Shown one piece after another: positions 1 through 11,197 of a stretch of 64,000 nucleotides of DNA. This DNA is from Malacoraja senta (taxonomy: Eukaryota): positions 1 to 64,000 of the forward strand of contig JAXLNO010000270.1 in the NCBI GenBank assembly GCA_038087875.1, given 5' to 3'. Each line of letters begins with the position of its first letter. Position 1 is the stretch's first letter. The notes beneath the pieces were generated by a model. It worked only from the letters and a program-made list of their open reading frames with translations. It did no database searches and was not told the DNA's origin. The translations under genes were made by a program, and so were the position numbers.

Positions 1-815
1 GTAGCAAAAGCGGCCGGGCCTTGTTGCTCAGAAGGGTAAGGAAAAGAAGAGGAGGGCAGTAGTAATAGGGGACCCTATAGTTAGGTGGTCAGATAGGCGA
101 TTCTGTGGACGCAGTCAGGAGACCCGGATGGTTGTTTGCCTCCCTGGTGCCAGGGTCTGGGATGTGTCTGAACGTGTCCAAGATATCCTGAAATGGGAGG
201 GAGTGGAGCCCGAGGTCGTGGTACATATAGGTACCAATGACATAGGTAGAAAAAGAGAAGAGGTCCTGAAAGGAGAAATTAGGGATTTCGGAGGAGAGTT
301 AAGGAGAAGAACCGCAAAGGTAACAATGTCAGGATTACTGCCTGTGCCACGCGACAGTGAGAGTAGGAATGGAGCGAGGTGGAGGATAAATTCGTGGCTG
401 AAGGACTGGTGCAGAGGGCAGGGATTCAAGATTCTGGATCATTGTGACCTCTTTTGGAGAAGGTGTGACCTGTACAAAAAGGACGGGTTGCACTTGAACC
501 CGAGGGGGACCAATATCCTGGCGAGGAGATTTCCAAAGGCTACTGGGGAGACTTTAGTAGAACGGTTGGGGGGAGGGACTCAAATAGAGAAAGCTAGTAG
601 ACAGTGTGTGAGGCAGGAGGAAGAGAAGGGAAGCAGTCAGACCCAGCATGTAGGGGGGAAATAAGAAAAAGATAATAAACGATCCAAACGAATAAACAGC
701 CATGATCGTATTGAATGGCGGTGCAGGCTCGAAGGGCCGAATGGCCTACTCCTGCACCTATTTTCTATGTATCTATGTATTCTATGTAAACAGAGAATAA
801 GAGGTGGTTGGTTTC
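1..815 (+). mobile_element. CR1-type LINE (family B) ORF1 segment with SGNH/GDSL esterase domain; cut by window start and 3'-truncated at the ORF1/ORF2 junction
   Basis: ORF 128-664 has VVHIGTNDIG and DGLHLN esterase blocks; colinear with 20550-21246; similarity stops at gaggtggttggtttc (~815). Confidence 0.9.
697..787 (+). mobile_element. Short 5'-truncated CR1 (family A) 3' tail inserted in the ORF1/ORF2 spacer
   Basis: cagccatgatc...ggcggtgcaggctcgaagggccgaatggcctactcctgcacc hairpin plus (tctatgt)n tail; absent from the homologous spacers at ~2010 and ~21215. Confidence 0.85.
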
Positions 816-1942
816 AATAGGTAGCAAGGTGAAAAGTAAAAGTGGCAGGCAAACAAATCCAGGGCAAAAATCAAAAAGGGACACTTTTCAACATAATTGT
901 ATAAGGGGTAAGAGCCCTGTAAAAACAAGCCTGAAGGCTTTGTGGCTCAATGCAAGGAACATTCGGAATAAGGTGGATGAGTTGAATGTGCAGATAGCTA
1001 TTAATGATTATGATATAGTTCGGATCACGGAGACATGTCTCCAGGGTGACAAAGGCTGGGAGCAGAACATCCAGGGATATTCTATATTCAGGAGGGATAG
1101 ACAGGAAGGAAAAGGAGGTGGGGTAGCGTTGCTGGTTAGAGAGGAGATTAACGAAATAGAAAGGAGGGACATTAGCTTGGAGGATGTGGAATCGATATGG
1201 GTAGAGCTGCGAAACACTAAGGGGCAGAAAACGCTATTGAGTATTGTGTACAGGCCAGCTAACTGTAGTAGTGGATTTGGGGATGGCATCAAACAGAAAA
1301 TTAGAAATGCGTGCAACAAAGGTAAAACTGTTATAATGGGTGACTTCAATCTATATATAGATTGGGTGAATCAAATTGTCAGGGGTGCTGAAGAAGAGGA
1401 TTTCTTGGAACGTACGCGGGATAGTTTGTTAACGAACATGTAGAGGAACCAACGAGAGAACAGGCTATTCTAGATTGGGAATTGAGTAATGAGGAAGGGT
1501 TAGTTAGCAGTCTTGTTGTGCGTGGCCCTTGGGCAAGAGTGACCATAATATGGCTGTTCTTCATTAGGATGGAGAGTGACATTGTTAATTCAGAAACAAG
1601 GGTCCTGAACTTAAAGAAATGTAACTTTGAGGGTATGAGACGTGAATTGGCCAAGATAGACTAGCAATTGATTCTTAAAGGGTTGACGATGGATATGCAA
1701 TGAAAGGCATTTAAAGACTGCATGGATGAACTACAACAATTGTTCATCCGACTTTGGCAAAAGAATAAATAAGGGAACAAAGTTATCCGTGGATAACAAG
1801 GGAAATCAGGGATAGTTTCAAAACAAAAGATCAAGCGTACAAATTAGCCAGGAAAAGCAGCCTACCAGAGGACTGGGAGAAATTCCGAGTCCAGCAGAGG
1901 AGGACAAAGGGCTTAATTAGGAAAGGGGATATAGATTATGAT
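816..1942 (+). mobile_element. CR1 (family A) ORF2 fragment, APE endonuclease region, frameshifted
   Basis: LNARNIRNK, ITETCL, VYRPAN, IMGDFN motifs; near-identical to the reverse complement of ~16000-17038. Confidence 0.92.
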
Positions 1943-2020
1943 GCTTCCGCCCGCATTTTACACCCCTCTCTTTCTCTGCTCACCCATTTAAGAACCCCAC
2001 CACCTCTTATTCTCTGTTTA

Positions 2021-3100
2021 TTATTGTTTTATTATTTCCCCCACATGTTGGGTCTGAGTGCTTTCCATCTCTGCCTCCTGCCTCACACACTGTCTAATAG
2101 CATTCTCTATTTGAGTCCCTCCCACCAACCATTCTAGTTTAAAGTCTCCCCAGTAGCCTTTGCAGACCCCCCCCCCCGCCAGGATATCGGTCCCCCTCAG
2201 GTTCAAGTGCAACCCATCCTTTTTGTACAGGTCGAACCTTCCACAAAAGAGGTCCCACTGATCCAGAAATTTTAATCCCTGCCTTATGCACCAGTCCTTC
2301 AGCCACGCATTTATCCTCCACCTCGCTCCATTCCTACTCTCACTGTCGCGTGGCACAGGCAGTAATCCCGAGATTGTTACCTTTGCTGTCCTTCTCTTTA
2401 ACTCCCCTCCTAACTCCCTAAATTCTCCTTTCAGGACCTCTTCTCTTTTTTTACCTATGTCATTGGTACCTATATGTACCACGACCTCGGGCTCCTCTCC
2501 CTGCCCTTTCAGGATATTTTGGACACGTTGTGACACATCACAGACCCTGGCACCAGGGAGGCAAACTACCATCCGGGTCACCCGACTGCGTCCACAGAAT
2601 CGCCTGTCTGACCCCCTAACTATAGAGTCCGCTATTAGAATTGCCCTCCTCTTCTTTTCCTTACTCTTCTGAGCAACAGGGCCGGTCTCTATACCGGAGG
2701 CCCGGCCGCTGTCGCTACCCCCAGGTAGGATGTCCCCCCCAACAGTGCTCAAACTGGAGTACTTATTGTCAAGGTGTACAGCCACCGGGGTACTCTCTAG
2801 TCCCTGCCTGTGCCTCTTGCCTCTCCCAACCGTGATCCACTTGCCTGCCTCCTGTGGTCTTGGAGTGACCACCTCCCTGTAACTCCTCTCAATGACTTCC
2901 TCGCTCTCCCTGACCAGACGGAGGTCATCGAGCTGCTGCTCCAGGTTCCTAATACGGTCCCTTAGGAGCCCCATCTCGATACACCTGGCGCAGATGTGGA
3001 CATCTGGAGGGCTATCAGACTCCATGACTTCCCACATCTGACATCCAGAACAGTAAACTGCCCTGGCCCTCACACTCCCCTTACTTAGGATACAATACAA
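2021..3100 (-). CDS. Open CR1 ORF1p: CxxC..CxxC zinc finger, coiled coil, SGNH esterase
   Basis: YCSGC...ICARC, LRDRIRNLEQQLDDL heptads, ILIADS / GTND / DGLH blocks; uninterrupted 359-codon frame; the ATG of the 20181 copy is GTG here. Confidence 0.8.
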   Translation of the reverse strand: MYCILSKGSVRARAVYCSGCQMWEVMESDSPPDVHICARCIEMGLLRDRIRNLEQQLDDLRLVRESEEVIERSYREVVTPRPQEAGKWITVGRGKRHRQGLESTPVAVHLDNKYSSLSTVGGDILPGGSDSGRASGIETGPVAQKSKEKKRRAILIADSIVRGSDRRFCGRSRVTRMVVCLPGARVCDVSQRVQNILKGQGEEPEVVVHIGTNDIGKKREEVLKGEFRELGGELKRRTAKVTISGLLPVPRDSESRNGARWRINAWLKDWCIRQGLKFLDQWDLFCGRFDLYKKDGLHLNLRGTDILAGGGVCKGYWGDFKLEWLVGGTQIENAIRQCVRQEAEMESTQTQHVGEIIKQ

Positions 3101-3166
3101 AACAAACTGCTACAATACAAAACAAACTGCTACAATACAAAACAAACTGCTACAATACAGTACAAT
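3090..3166. repeat. 20-bp tandem repeat (tacaatacaaaacaaactgc) x3 in the CR1 5' UTR
   Basis: Directly visible perfect copies. Confidence 0.95.
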
Positions 3167-3327
3167 CAGCAGGGATCTGACTCCCAATCAGCTTCTCCCT
3201 CTTGTCTGCTTCCACCAATCAGCGGCTTCCTCAAACTCTGTAGAAGCAAGCCCCGCGCTCCTCTATAATCCTACCGCTCGGGTGTAGCTCCTCCCTCTGC
3301 GACCTCTCCAACGGCTCTCGGGCCTCT

Positions 3328-4414
3328 CTAACTAGTAGAGTGGGTATGGGAGAACCAGTGGATGTGTTATATCTGGACTTTCAGAAGGCTTTCGACAAGG
3401 TCCGACATAAGAGATTAATATACACACTTAAAGCACACGGTATTGGGGGTTCAGTATTGATGTGGATAGAGAACTGGCTGGCAAACAGGAAGCAAAGAGG
3501 AGGAATAAACGCGACCTTTTCAGAATGGCAGGCAGTGACTAGTGGGGTATCGCAAGGCTCAGTGCTGGGACCCCAGCTATTTACAATATATATTAATGAT
3601 TTGGACGAGGGAATTCAATGCAACAACTCCAAGTTTGCGGATGACACGAAGCTGGAGGGCAGTGTTAGCTGTGCGGAGGATGCTAGGAGGCTGCAAGGTG
3701 ACTTGGATAGGCTGGGTGAGTGGGCAAATGCATGGCAGATGCAGTATAATGTGGATAAATGTGAGGTTATCCACTTTGGTGGCAAAAACAGGAAAGTATA
3801 CTATTATCTGAATGGTGGCCGATTAGGAAAAGGGAGATGCAACGAGACCTGGGTGTCATGGTACACCAGTCAAGGAAAGTAGGAATGAGGAATGAGGAAG
3901 ACATTCTTGCCAGAGAGGGAGTACAGAGTAGGTTCGCCAGACTGACTCCTGGGATGTCAGGACATTCATATGTAGAAAGACTGGATAGACTCGGCTTGTA
4001 CTCGCTAGAATTTAGAAGATTGAGGGGGTATCTTATAGAAACTTACAAAATTCTTAAGGGGTTGGACAGGCTAGATGCAGGAAGATTGTTCCCGATGTTG
4101 GGGAAGTCCAGGACAAGGGGTCACAGTTTAAGGATAAGGGGGGAATCTTTTTGGACCGAGATGTGAAAAAAAAAATCACAGAGAGTGGTGAATCTGTGGA
4201 ATTCTCTGCCACAGAAGATAGTTGAGGCCAGTTCATTGGCTAAATTTAAGAGGGAGTTAGATGTGGCCCTTGTGGCAAAAGGGATCAGGGGGTATGGAGA
4301 GAAGGCAGGTACAGGATACTGAGTTGGATGATCAGCCATGATCATATTGAATGGCGGTGCAGGCTCGAAGGGCCGATGGCTTACTCATGCACCTATTTTC
4401 TATGTTTCGATGTC
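3328..4414 (+). mobile_element. CR1 (family A) RT domain and 3' UTR, internally deleted near 3880
   Basis: YLDFQKAFD, QGSVLGP, KFADD motifs; terminal hairpin and tctatgtt tail. Confidence 0.93.
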
Positions 4415-4689
4415 TATTTACAACTGTGCTTCATGCTCATCCACTTTATTTCTTATGCTACGTGCATTCAATCATATCCCTCCAATTCGGTGTTGACCAC
4501 ATCTCCTCTCACAACCACCCCGATTTTACCCAATCTTATTATCTTGTCCCTCTTTAAACTTTCTGTCCTGTTACTTCTGGAGACCTCCTTGACTTTTCCA
4601 GCACTCACTTTCCCGTTAACTCCATGCATACGCTTTCAGGTTGTTAACCTCCCTCTACTAGTTAGTTTGAAAGTAACACTTACAAATTT

Positions 4690-5046
4690 GCAGATTACAC
4701 GAAGCTGGGTGGCAGTGTGGACTGCGACGGGGATGCCAGGAGGCTGCAGGGTTATTTGTACACGTGAGTGAGTGGGCAGATGCATGGCAGATGCAGTATT
4801 ATGTAGATAATTGTGAGGTTATCCATTTTGGAGGCAAGAAAAGGAGGCAGATAACTATCTCATTAGTGTTAGATTAGGAAAAAGGGAAGTGCAACGACAC
4901 CTGGTTGTACACCAATCACTGAAAGTAAACACAGCAGGCACAGCAGGAAGTGAAGAAAGCTAATGGCATGTTGGCCTTCATAACGAGAGGATTTGAGTAT
5001 AGGAGTAAAGACGTCCTTCTGCAGTTGTACAGAGCCCTGGTGAGAT
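4690..5046 (+). mobile_element. Degenerate CR1 RT fragment
   Basis: Similar to the RT segment at 42225-42590. Confidence 0.8.
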
Positions 5047-6975
5047 CTCAGTCCCATCAGTTCCACCCAAAACCATTTCCGGACTATTGTGAATTTCCTT
5101 CAGTTCCACCGTCAGCCTAGACCCTCTGTCCCCTAGTACATCTGGGAGATTGTTTGTGTCTTTCATAGTGAAGACAGAACCAAAGTACCTGTTCAACTTG
5201 TTTGCTATTTCTTTGTTCCCCTAATAAATTCGCCTGTTTTGTCATCAAGGTGCCCACATTTGTCTTAACTGTTCACATACTTAAATCAGCTTTTACTATC
5301 CTCCTTTACGTTCTTGGCTAGATTACCTTCGTACCTCATCTTTTCTCCCCGTATTGCCCTTATAGTTTTCTTCTGTTGCTCTTGAAAAGTTTCCCAACAC
5401 TCTGGATACCTGCTCATCTTTACTATGTTAAATCTCTTCTCTTTTATATTTATACTGTGCTTGACTTCCCTTGTTAGACACGGTCGACTCTTACACCCTT
5501 TACAATCCTCCTTTCTCATTGGAATGACCTGATCCTGCACCTTCTGTATGATTTGCAGAAATACCTGGCATTGTTGTTCCATTGTCATCCCTGCTAGGGT
5601 CTCTTTGCAGTCAAATTTGGCCAGCTCCTCCCTCGTGACTCCATATGCCCGTTTGCTCAACTGTGATACTGACACTTCCGACTTTCCCTTCTCCCTCTCA
5701 AATTGTTGATTAAAATTTATCATAATATGGTCACTCCCTCGGAATGGCTTATTTTCCTTGAGTTCCCTTGTCAAATCATGTTCATTACAGAACACTAAAT
5801 CCAGAATTGCCTTCTTCCTGGTAGACTCCACAACAAGCTGCTCTAAGAATCCATCACGGAGGCACTCCACAAACTCCATTTCTTGGGGTTCAGTATCAAA
5901 TAGATTTTCCAAGTCTACCTGCTTGTTGAAATCTCCCATAACCACCGTAGCTTTACCTTTACGACATGCCAATTTTAACACTTGATTGAAATTGCACTCT
6001 CTGTAAAGGCTACTGTTTGGGAGCCTGTAGATAATTCCCATTAGTGTAGATCAATTAATATTAGCTGGTCAGACTATGTCGGGTTTTACTGTTGTACACC
6101 TGATCCGAATTCCAGTTCGGGTTTTCCACTACGCCATCTAAGGTGCTGGTTCGGTTCCGAGAGATTCATCCTGGAGTTCGAACCTACAACAGTTATGTAT
6201 ACTTGCTCTATGTGTTCTGCTAATAATGAACATATATGAAGTTGAACGACTCGATGTTTATACAACTTCCAGCAATTAAGGTTTATTTACCCTTACAATT
6301 CCTCGGTTCTATCCATACTGACTCTACATCTCCAGTCCCCCCTCGCAAGGGACTGAATTCCATTCCTTCCCGACAGAGCTACGCCACTTCTGTCCACCTG
6401 TCTGTCTTTTCCATAGGACCTATACCCTTGAATATTCCGTTCCCAGCCGTGGTCCCGTTGCAGCCATGTCTCTGTAATTCGCACATCATACTTGCCAATT
6501 TCTAACTGAGCCTCAAGCACGTCCACTTTATTTGTATACTTCGCGCATTCATATTCAATACTTTGACTTCGGTGTTCACCTCCCCACTGACACCGGTCAC
6601 TATTGGCCCTGATCTTACTCTCTTATCACTTCTCGAACTTTCCTTCCCATTAATTCGGTTGTCATTTTAACATTGCCTGTACTCACTTCCCCTTTAACTC
6701 AATATTTCTACCCCCACTATTTAATTTAAACCCATTACGTGTAGCACGAGAAAGCCTGGCTGCCAGAACGTTGGTACCCCTCCAATTAAGGTGTAAGCCG
6801 TCCCTTTTTTACCTGTCACCCCTACCCCAGAAGCTATTCCAGCTCTCTGCACCAACCCCCCAGCCACACTTTCAGATCCCCCATCACCCTATTCCGTCCC
6901 TCACCAGCACGAGATACAGGAGGTAATCCAGAGATAAACACCTTAGAAGTCCTGCTTTTCAGTCTTCTTCCTAAC
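5047..6975 (-). mobile_element. Older CR1 (family C) fragment: ORF1 end, APE endonuclease and linker
   Basis: ITETWL, IYRLPN, VMGDFN, ILDLVF, GSDHIMI motifs in ORFs 5286-6041 and 6293-6526. Confidence 0.88.
6045..6274. mobile_element. Candidate 230-bp solo LTR inserted in CR1
   Basis: Begins TG, ends CA; flanked by attag (6040-6044) and attaa (6275-6279); interrupts otherwise continuous CR1 endonuclease coding sequence. Confidence 0.6.
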
Positions 6976-7654
6976 AGTAAATAGTGCATAGATTACACAT
7001 GGTCCTGGACCTTGAATGCTGAGTGTACAAGGAACCCGGTCCTGGGGGAGGGTTCCTTGTGGATTACATAGTTTTCCGAGTGCGGGAACGGGTGTGTGGC
7101 TTACATAGGTTCCCGTGTTCTGGAACAGGCGAGTGGATTACACAGGGTCCAGGGTTATGGAACGGCCGTGTGGATTACACATGGACCTCGATCTTGGATA
7201 CTGATTACACAAGGCCACGAGTCCGGGGCCGGGGTGTCTGGATTACACGGAGTCCATGGTACTGGAAGGGGTGTCTGAATTACACATGGTCCTGGAACTG
7301 GGATACTCATAACACAAGGGAGCGGGACGGGCGGCGGGGGTGTGGGATACACAGGGTTCCTGCACAGGTTGTGCGCATTACACAGTGTTCTAGAACATCG
7401 GGTCATAGATTAAACAGGGTCCTGGTTCCAAGAACGAGGATTGTGGATTACACATAGTTCTACGCCATTCTGTGATGGTTGCGCTGTGTCCTGGGACGAG
7501 GTATGTTCACCACCTATCTCGCTGGACTACCCTGCCTCTTTGGCACTGGGATGCAAACATACAGGGTTCTGAGACAGAGGTTTTGGATCAATATCAGCGT
7601 CGGGCTTGGTGGTGCGATATTCATAGCGTCCAGGGACAAATCACATTGACTACA

Positions 7655-7750
7655 TCAGGCTGAAGAAGAGTCTCGACCCGAAAAGTCACCCTTTCTTTCT
7701 CTGCAGAGACGCTGCCTGTCCAGCTGAGTTACTCCAGCATGCTGTGTCCA
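7655..7750 (+). mobile_element. Short Penelope-derived tail with hammerhead-like motif
   Basis: ctgaagaagagtctcgacccgaaaagtcacc...gctgagttactccagca; same tail as the Penelope ends at 11200 and 61800. Confidence 0.75.
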
Positions 7751-8460
7751 CGTTTGATTACACATGGTCCTGGAGCACAGTCTTCTGGGTCCCGGGATGG
7801 GGGCGTGGATTACAGATATCGGTGGCCACGTGTGTGGATCAAAGAAAATATCTGGACTGAACAGTCCTGGCACAGGAGTCTACGTCCTGGCACAGGAGTG
7901 TAGATTACACTGGGTGCCGAGTCGCTAACCGGAGAGTGGCAATTCATATTACGCCAGGTCAGGATCCTGAGCCCTGGGATTACATCAAGTGTCATGGATT
8001 ACACATGATTCTCATTCGCGGGACGGATTTTTAGATTACACAAGGCCCTGGTCTCTGGTATGTTAATTAAAGTGTCCAGATCCTTGGCTGTCGGTAAAAC
8101 GGAGTCCTGCGACGACAAGGCGTGGATCAATCAGAGATCCGAGCGGAGGATTTGTAGAATACAAATGGGTTGTGTCCCGAGTCGACGAGTTGGATCGCGC
8201 AGGGTCCGTGGTCATGCGGTGGGTGTGGATTAGACAGTATCCTCGGCGATGTGCGTAGGTAGTGTCCCGGACGGGAGGAGGATGTGACTTACACAGTGTC
8301 CTGGGCGGAGGATGTGGATGACACACTGTCTTCCGCGGATCATGTGGATTACACAGTGTCGTCCGCGGAGCATGTGGATTGCGCAGTGTCCTGGGCAGAT
8401 AGAGAATATGGATTGCTTAGTGCCCTGGGCGGTGTGGATTACACAGTGTCCTTGACGGAG

Positions 8461-9031
8461 TATAATAATCATAGTCATAATCATAATCATATTTTATTAG
8501 CCAGGTATGTTTTGCGACATACGGGGAATGTCATTAACCATACAGTCACCAATAAAAAGCAGCATAACACACAAAATACGTATTAACATGAACATCCACC
8601 ACAGCGACTACACCGCATTCCTCACTGTGATTGTTCGAAAACAGGTCAATCTCTCCCTTCTTTGTCCTGGAGCGATCGGGGGCTTCTAACCTTCGTTTGA
8701 CGAGACGACCGTATTCCCGTAGCCGACGGCGGGCCTTCCTCGTCGGGGCGATCAAGCTCCTGCATCGGCGGGGGGTGATCTCAGCTGCCCCTCGCCGGGC
8801 GATCTACCGCGGGTCGGGGTTCTTCGAACGTCGTGCGACTTTTGTAGCTTCCCATCGACGGTCTCATCCCGAGACTGTGTGCCCTTGATGTTAAATTCCG
8901 CAGGCCGCGTGTGGAGGGTCGATCCCAGGCAAGGGATCGGCTACGATGGTAAGTCCACGCCCCCGATGGGGCTCAAAGTCAGTCCCGAGCAAGGCATCCT
9001 GCTCCACGATGTTAGGCCGCAGAGCGATCAG
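8461..9031 (-). mobile_element. CpG-rich non-coding retroposon (SINE-like) inserted in the satellite
   Basis: Direct repeat gacggag at 8454-8460 and 9032-9038; minus-strand AATAAA followed by (tgatta)n tail. Confidence 0.75.
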
Positions 9032-9689
9032 GACGGAGGGTGTGGATTACACAGTAACCTGGGCGGAGGATGTGGATTACACAGTGTCCTGGGCGGTGGA
9101 TGTGGATTAACAGTGCCCTGCATGGAAGATGTGAATTGCACAGTGCCCTGGGCGGTGGATGTGGATTACACAGTGCCCTGCATGGAAGATGTGAATTGCA
9201 CAGTGTCCTGGGCGGTGGATGTGGATTAACAGTGCCCTGCATGGAAGATGTGAAATGCACAGTGTCCTGGGCGGTGGATGTGGATTATACAGTGCCCTGC
9301 ATGGAAGATGTGAATTGCACAGTGTCCTGGGCGGTGGATGTGGATTACACAGTGTGCTGGGCGGAGGATGTGGATTATACCGTACGCTGGGCGGTGGATG
9401 TGGATTACATAATGTGCTGAGCGGAGGGTGTGGATTACACAGTGTCCTGGACGATGGATGTGGATTACTCAGTGTCCTGGGCGTTGTGTATTACACCGTG
9501 CGTTGGGCGGTGGATGTGGATTACACCGTGCGCTGGGCGGTGGATGTGGATTACACAGTGTCGTGGACGGGGGATGTGGATGATATGGCCTCCCCATGCA
9601 GCGTCAACTGTGACTCGAACTAGCATTACCACCGGATCGCCTCTGGAGAGCAGCCAAATAATCATGGACTAGTTTCACTTCTCTTATTT

Positions 9690-10300
9690 CCTCCTCCCCT
9701 CTCTCGTCGGGCAGAAGATATAAACGCCTGAAAGCACGGGCCACCAGATTCAGGAAGCGCTCATTTGCCGCTTCATCAACCTAATGAACGGTCTTCCCAT
9801 AAGCGATTGGGGTGTAGTTCCAATCTCCCAACCTACTCCTCCGTAACTCACCTGCAACACTACCTGAATCCAGGATTCAGCACATCTTCCGCAATTGGAT
9901 GCTCGACTTTCTGAACGAAAGTGGCAATAGGTGACAAGAAAACGTTACCAATGGTATGCCTGAACGTCTCGTTCTCAGTCCTCTGCAATACTTCCTATGC
10001 GCTCCCGAGTTACGTGCAAGTTCGACTCGAATCCCATCTACACACTTGCACATGACGCCACGATGATGCGCCGAATGAAGTACAATGACGAAATTAAGTA
10101 CAGGTAGGAGAAAACGAAGTTACAAACATGGCACCAGGACAAAACCTCGCTCTCAATGCCAGTATTGGAAGGGGTGCGTTATCAACTTCAGGAGGTGCAC
10201 TAGAGCACATGCCCAAATCAACATCAATTGTGCCGAATAGGAAATGATTGGGGATTTCAACTTCCTTAGCGTAAATATTACCAAATGATCTTCTTGGACC
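9690..10300 (+). mobile_element. Highly decayed Rex1/Babar-like LINE fragments
   Basis: Translates to LSSGRRYKRLKARATRFR and NWMLDFL-like pieces; the former resembles ORF 49212-49676. Confidence 0.55.
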
Positions 10301-11197
10301 AACCAAAGTGATGCAAATGCCCATTTGCTCTATCTCAATGAACTTGAGTTTGATATGATTGCCTTTATGCATTATTTAACAGTTTTGTTCCAATAACATA
10401 AACAACAAACCTTTTTGGTTTAGCGAATACACGTAATAATAATGAACATGAATCTGCATTCTGCGCTATGGCTTTTTTTTGTTGCATTAACTGCTGCATT
10501 TGTACATATAATATAGAAGTGTATAGCGCAGGATAAGGCATTCCTGCCCATAATGTCTAGACTGAACATGATGTCAAGATAAATGTATGTCATCTGCTCT
10601 CGCATGATCCATAACCCGCAAGTTGTTATTTGTCCGCGTGCCGTTACAAATGCTTCATAAAAGCCATGATACGAACAACCTCCTCCACCAACAATGGAAA
10701 AGCGTTTCAGGCACCCGTGACGCTCTGGTTAAAAGAAAATACCCCAGCCACCTCAATTGAACTTTTATCTTTGTCTTAAAGCTATGACCTCTAATCTTTG
10801 CGTGTTCACCAATATGCTAAAACTGAACGCCGTCTTCTTATCCTTCGCGTCCTGCAGAGGAGGGCAGATCAGAACTCATTTGGGCAGGCAGTATTTATGG
10901 CAATAGACAGGCGATATTTCCTGTTGCGGCCCTTCCCCAGTTTGATTAGGGGGTCTCGACATGATACGTCGTCATTTCATTCCCTGCAGATGACTTCCCC
11001 ACAGCCATCAGGTTATTAAACACGACATCAAACAAACTCTCAACAATAACGGCCTATAACAGCCTACTATCTGTGTATTTATTGTGTGTGTATCTATATG
11101 GTATATGGTATATAGACACACTGCACTTTTATCTCCTGTTCTGTATTATGTTTACATATTATGTTGTGCTGCACAACCAAGAATGTCATTGTCCTAG

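Larger units (their letters stand above)
1984..3327 (-). mobile_element. CR1 (family B) 5' UTR + ORF1, inverted, 3'-truncated, interrupting the family A element
   Basis: Homologous to ~19960-21252; family A ORF2 stops at 1942 and resumes at 3328 with roughly 650 bp missing relative to the 14105-17038 copy. Confidence 0.9.
6980..9585. repeat. GGATTACAC-core satellite: degenerate ~30-35 bp units (6980-8280), homogeneous 30-bp units (8280-8460, 9040-9585)
   Basis: Unit gtggattacacagtgtcctgggcggtggat; alternating variant gives a ~60-bp dimer at ~9100-9340. Confidence 0.92.

Noticed and set aside
8879..9672. GGGCGLHSVL repeat proteins (keratin-associated-like)
   Set aside because: 30-bp satellite open in multiple frames with interspersed 2-bp deletions; no gene structure
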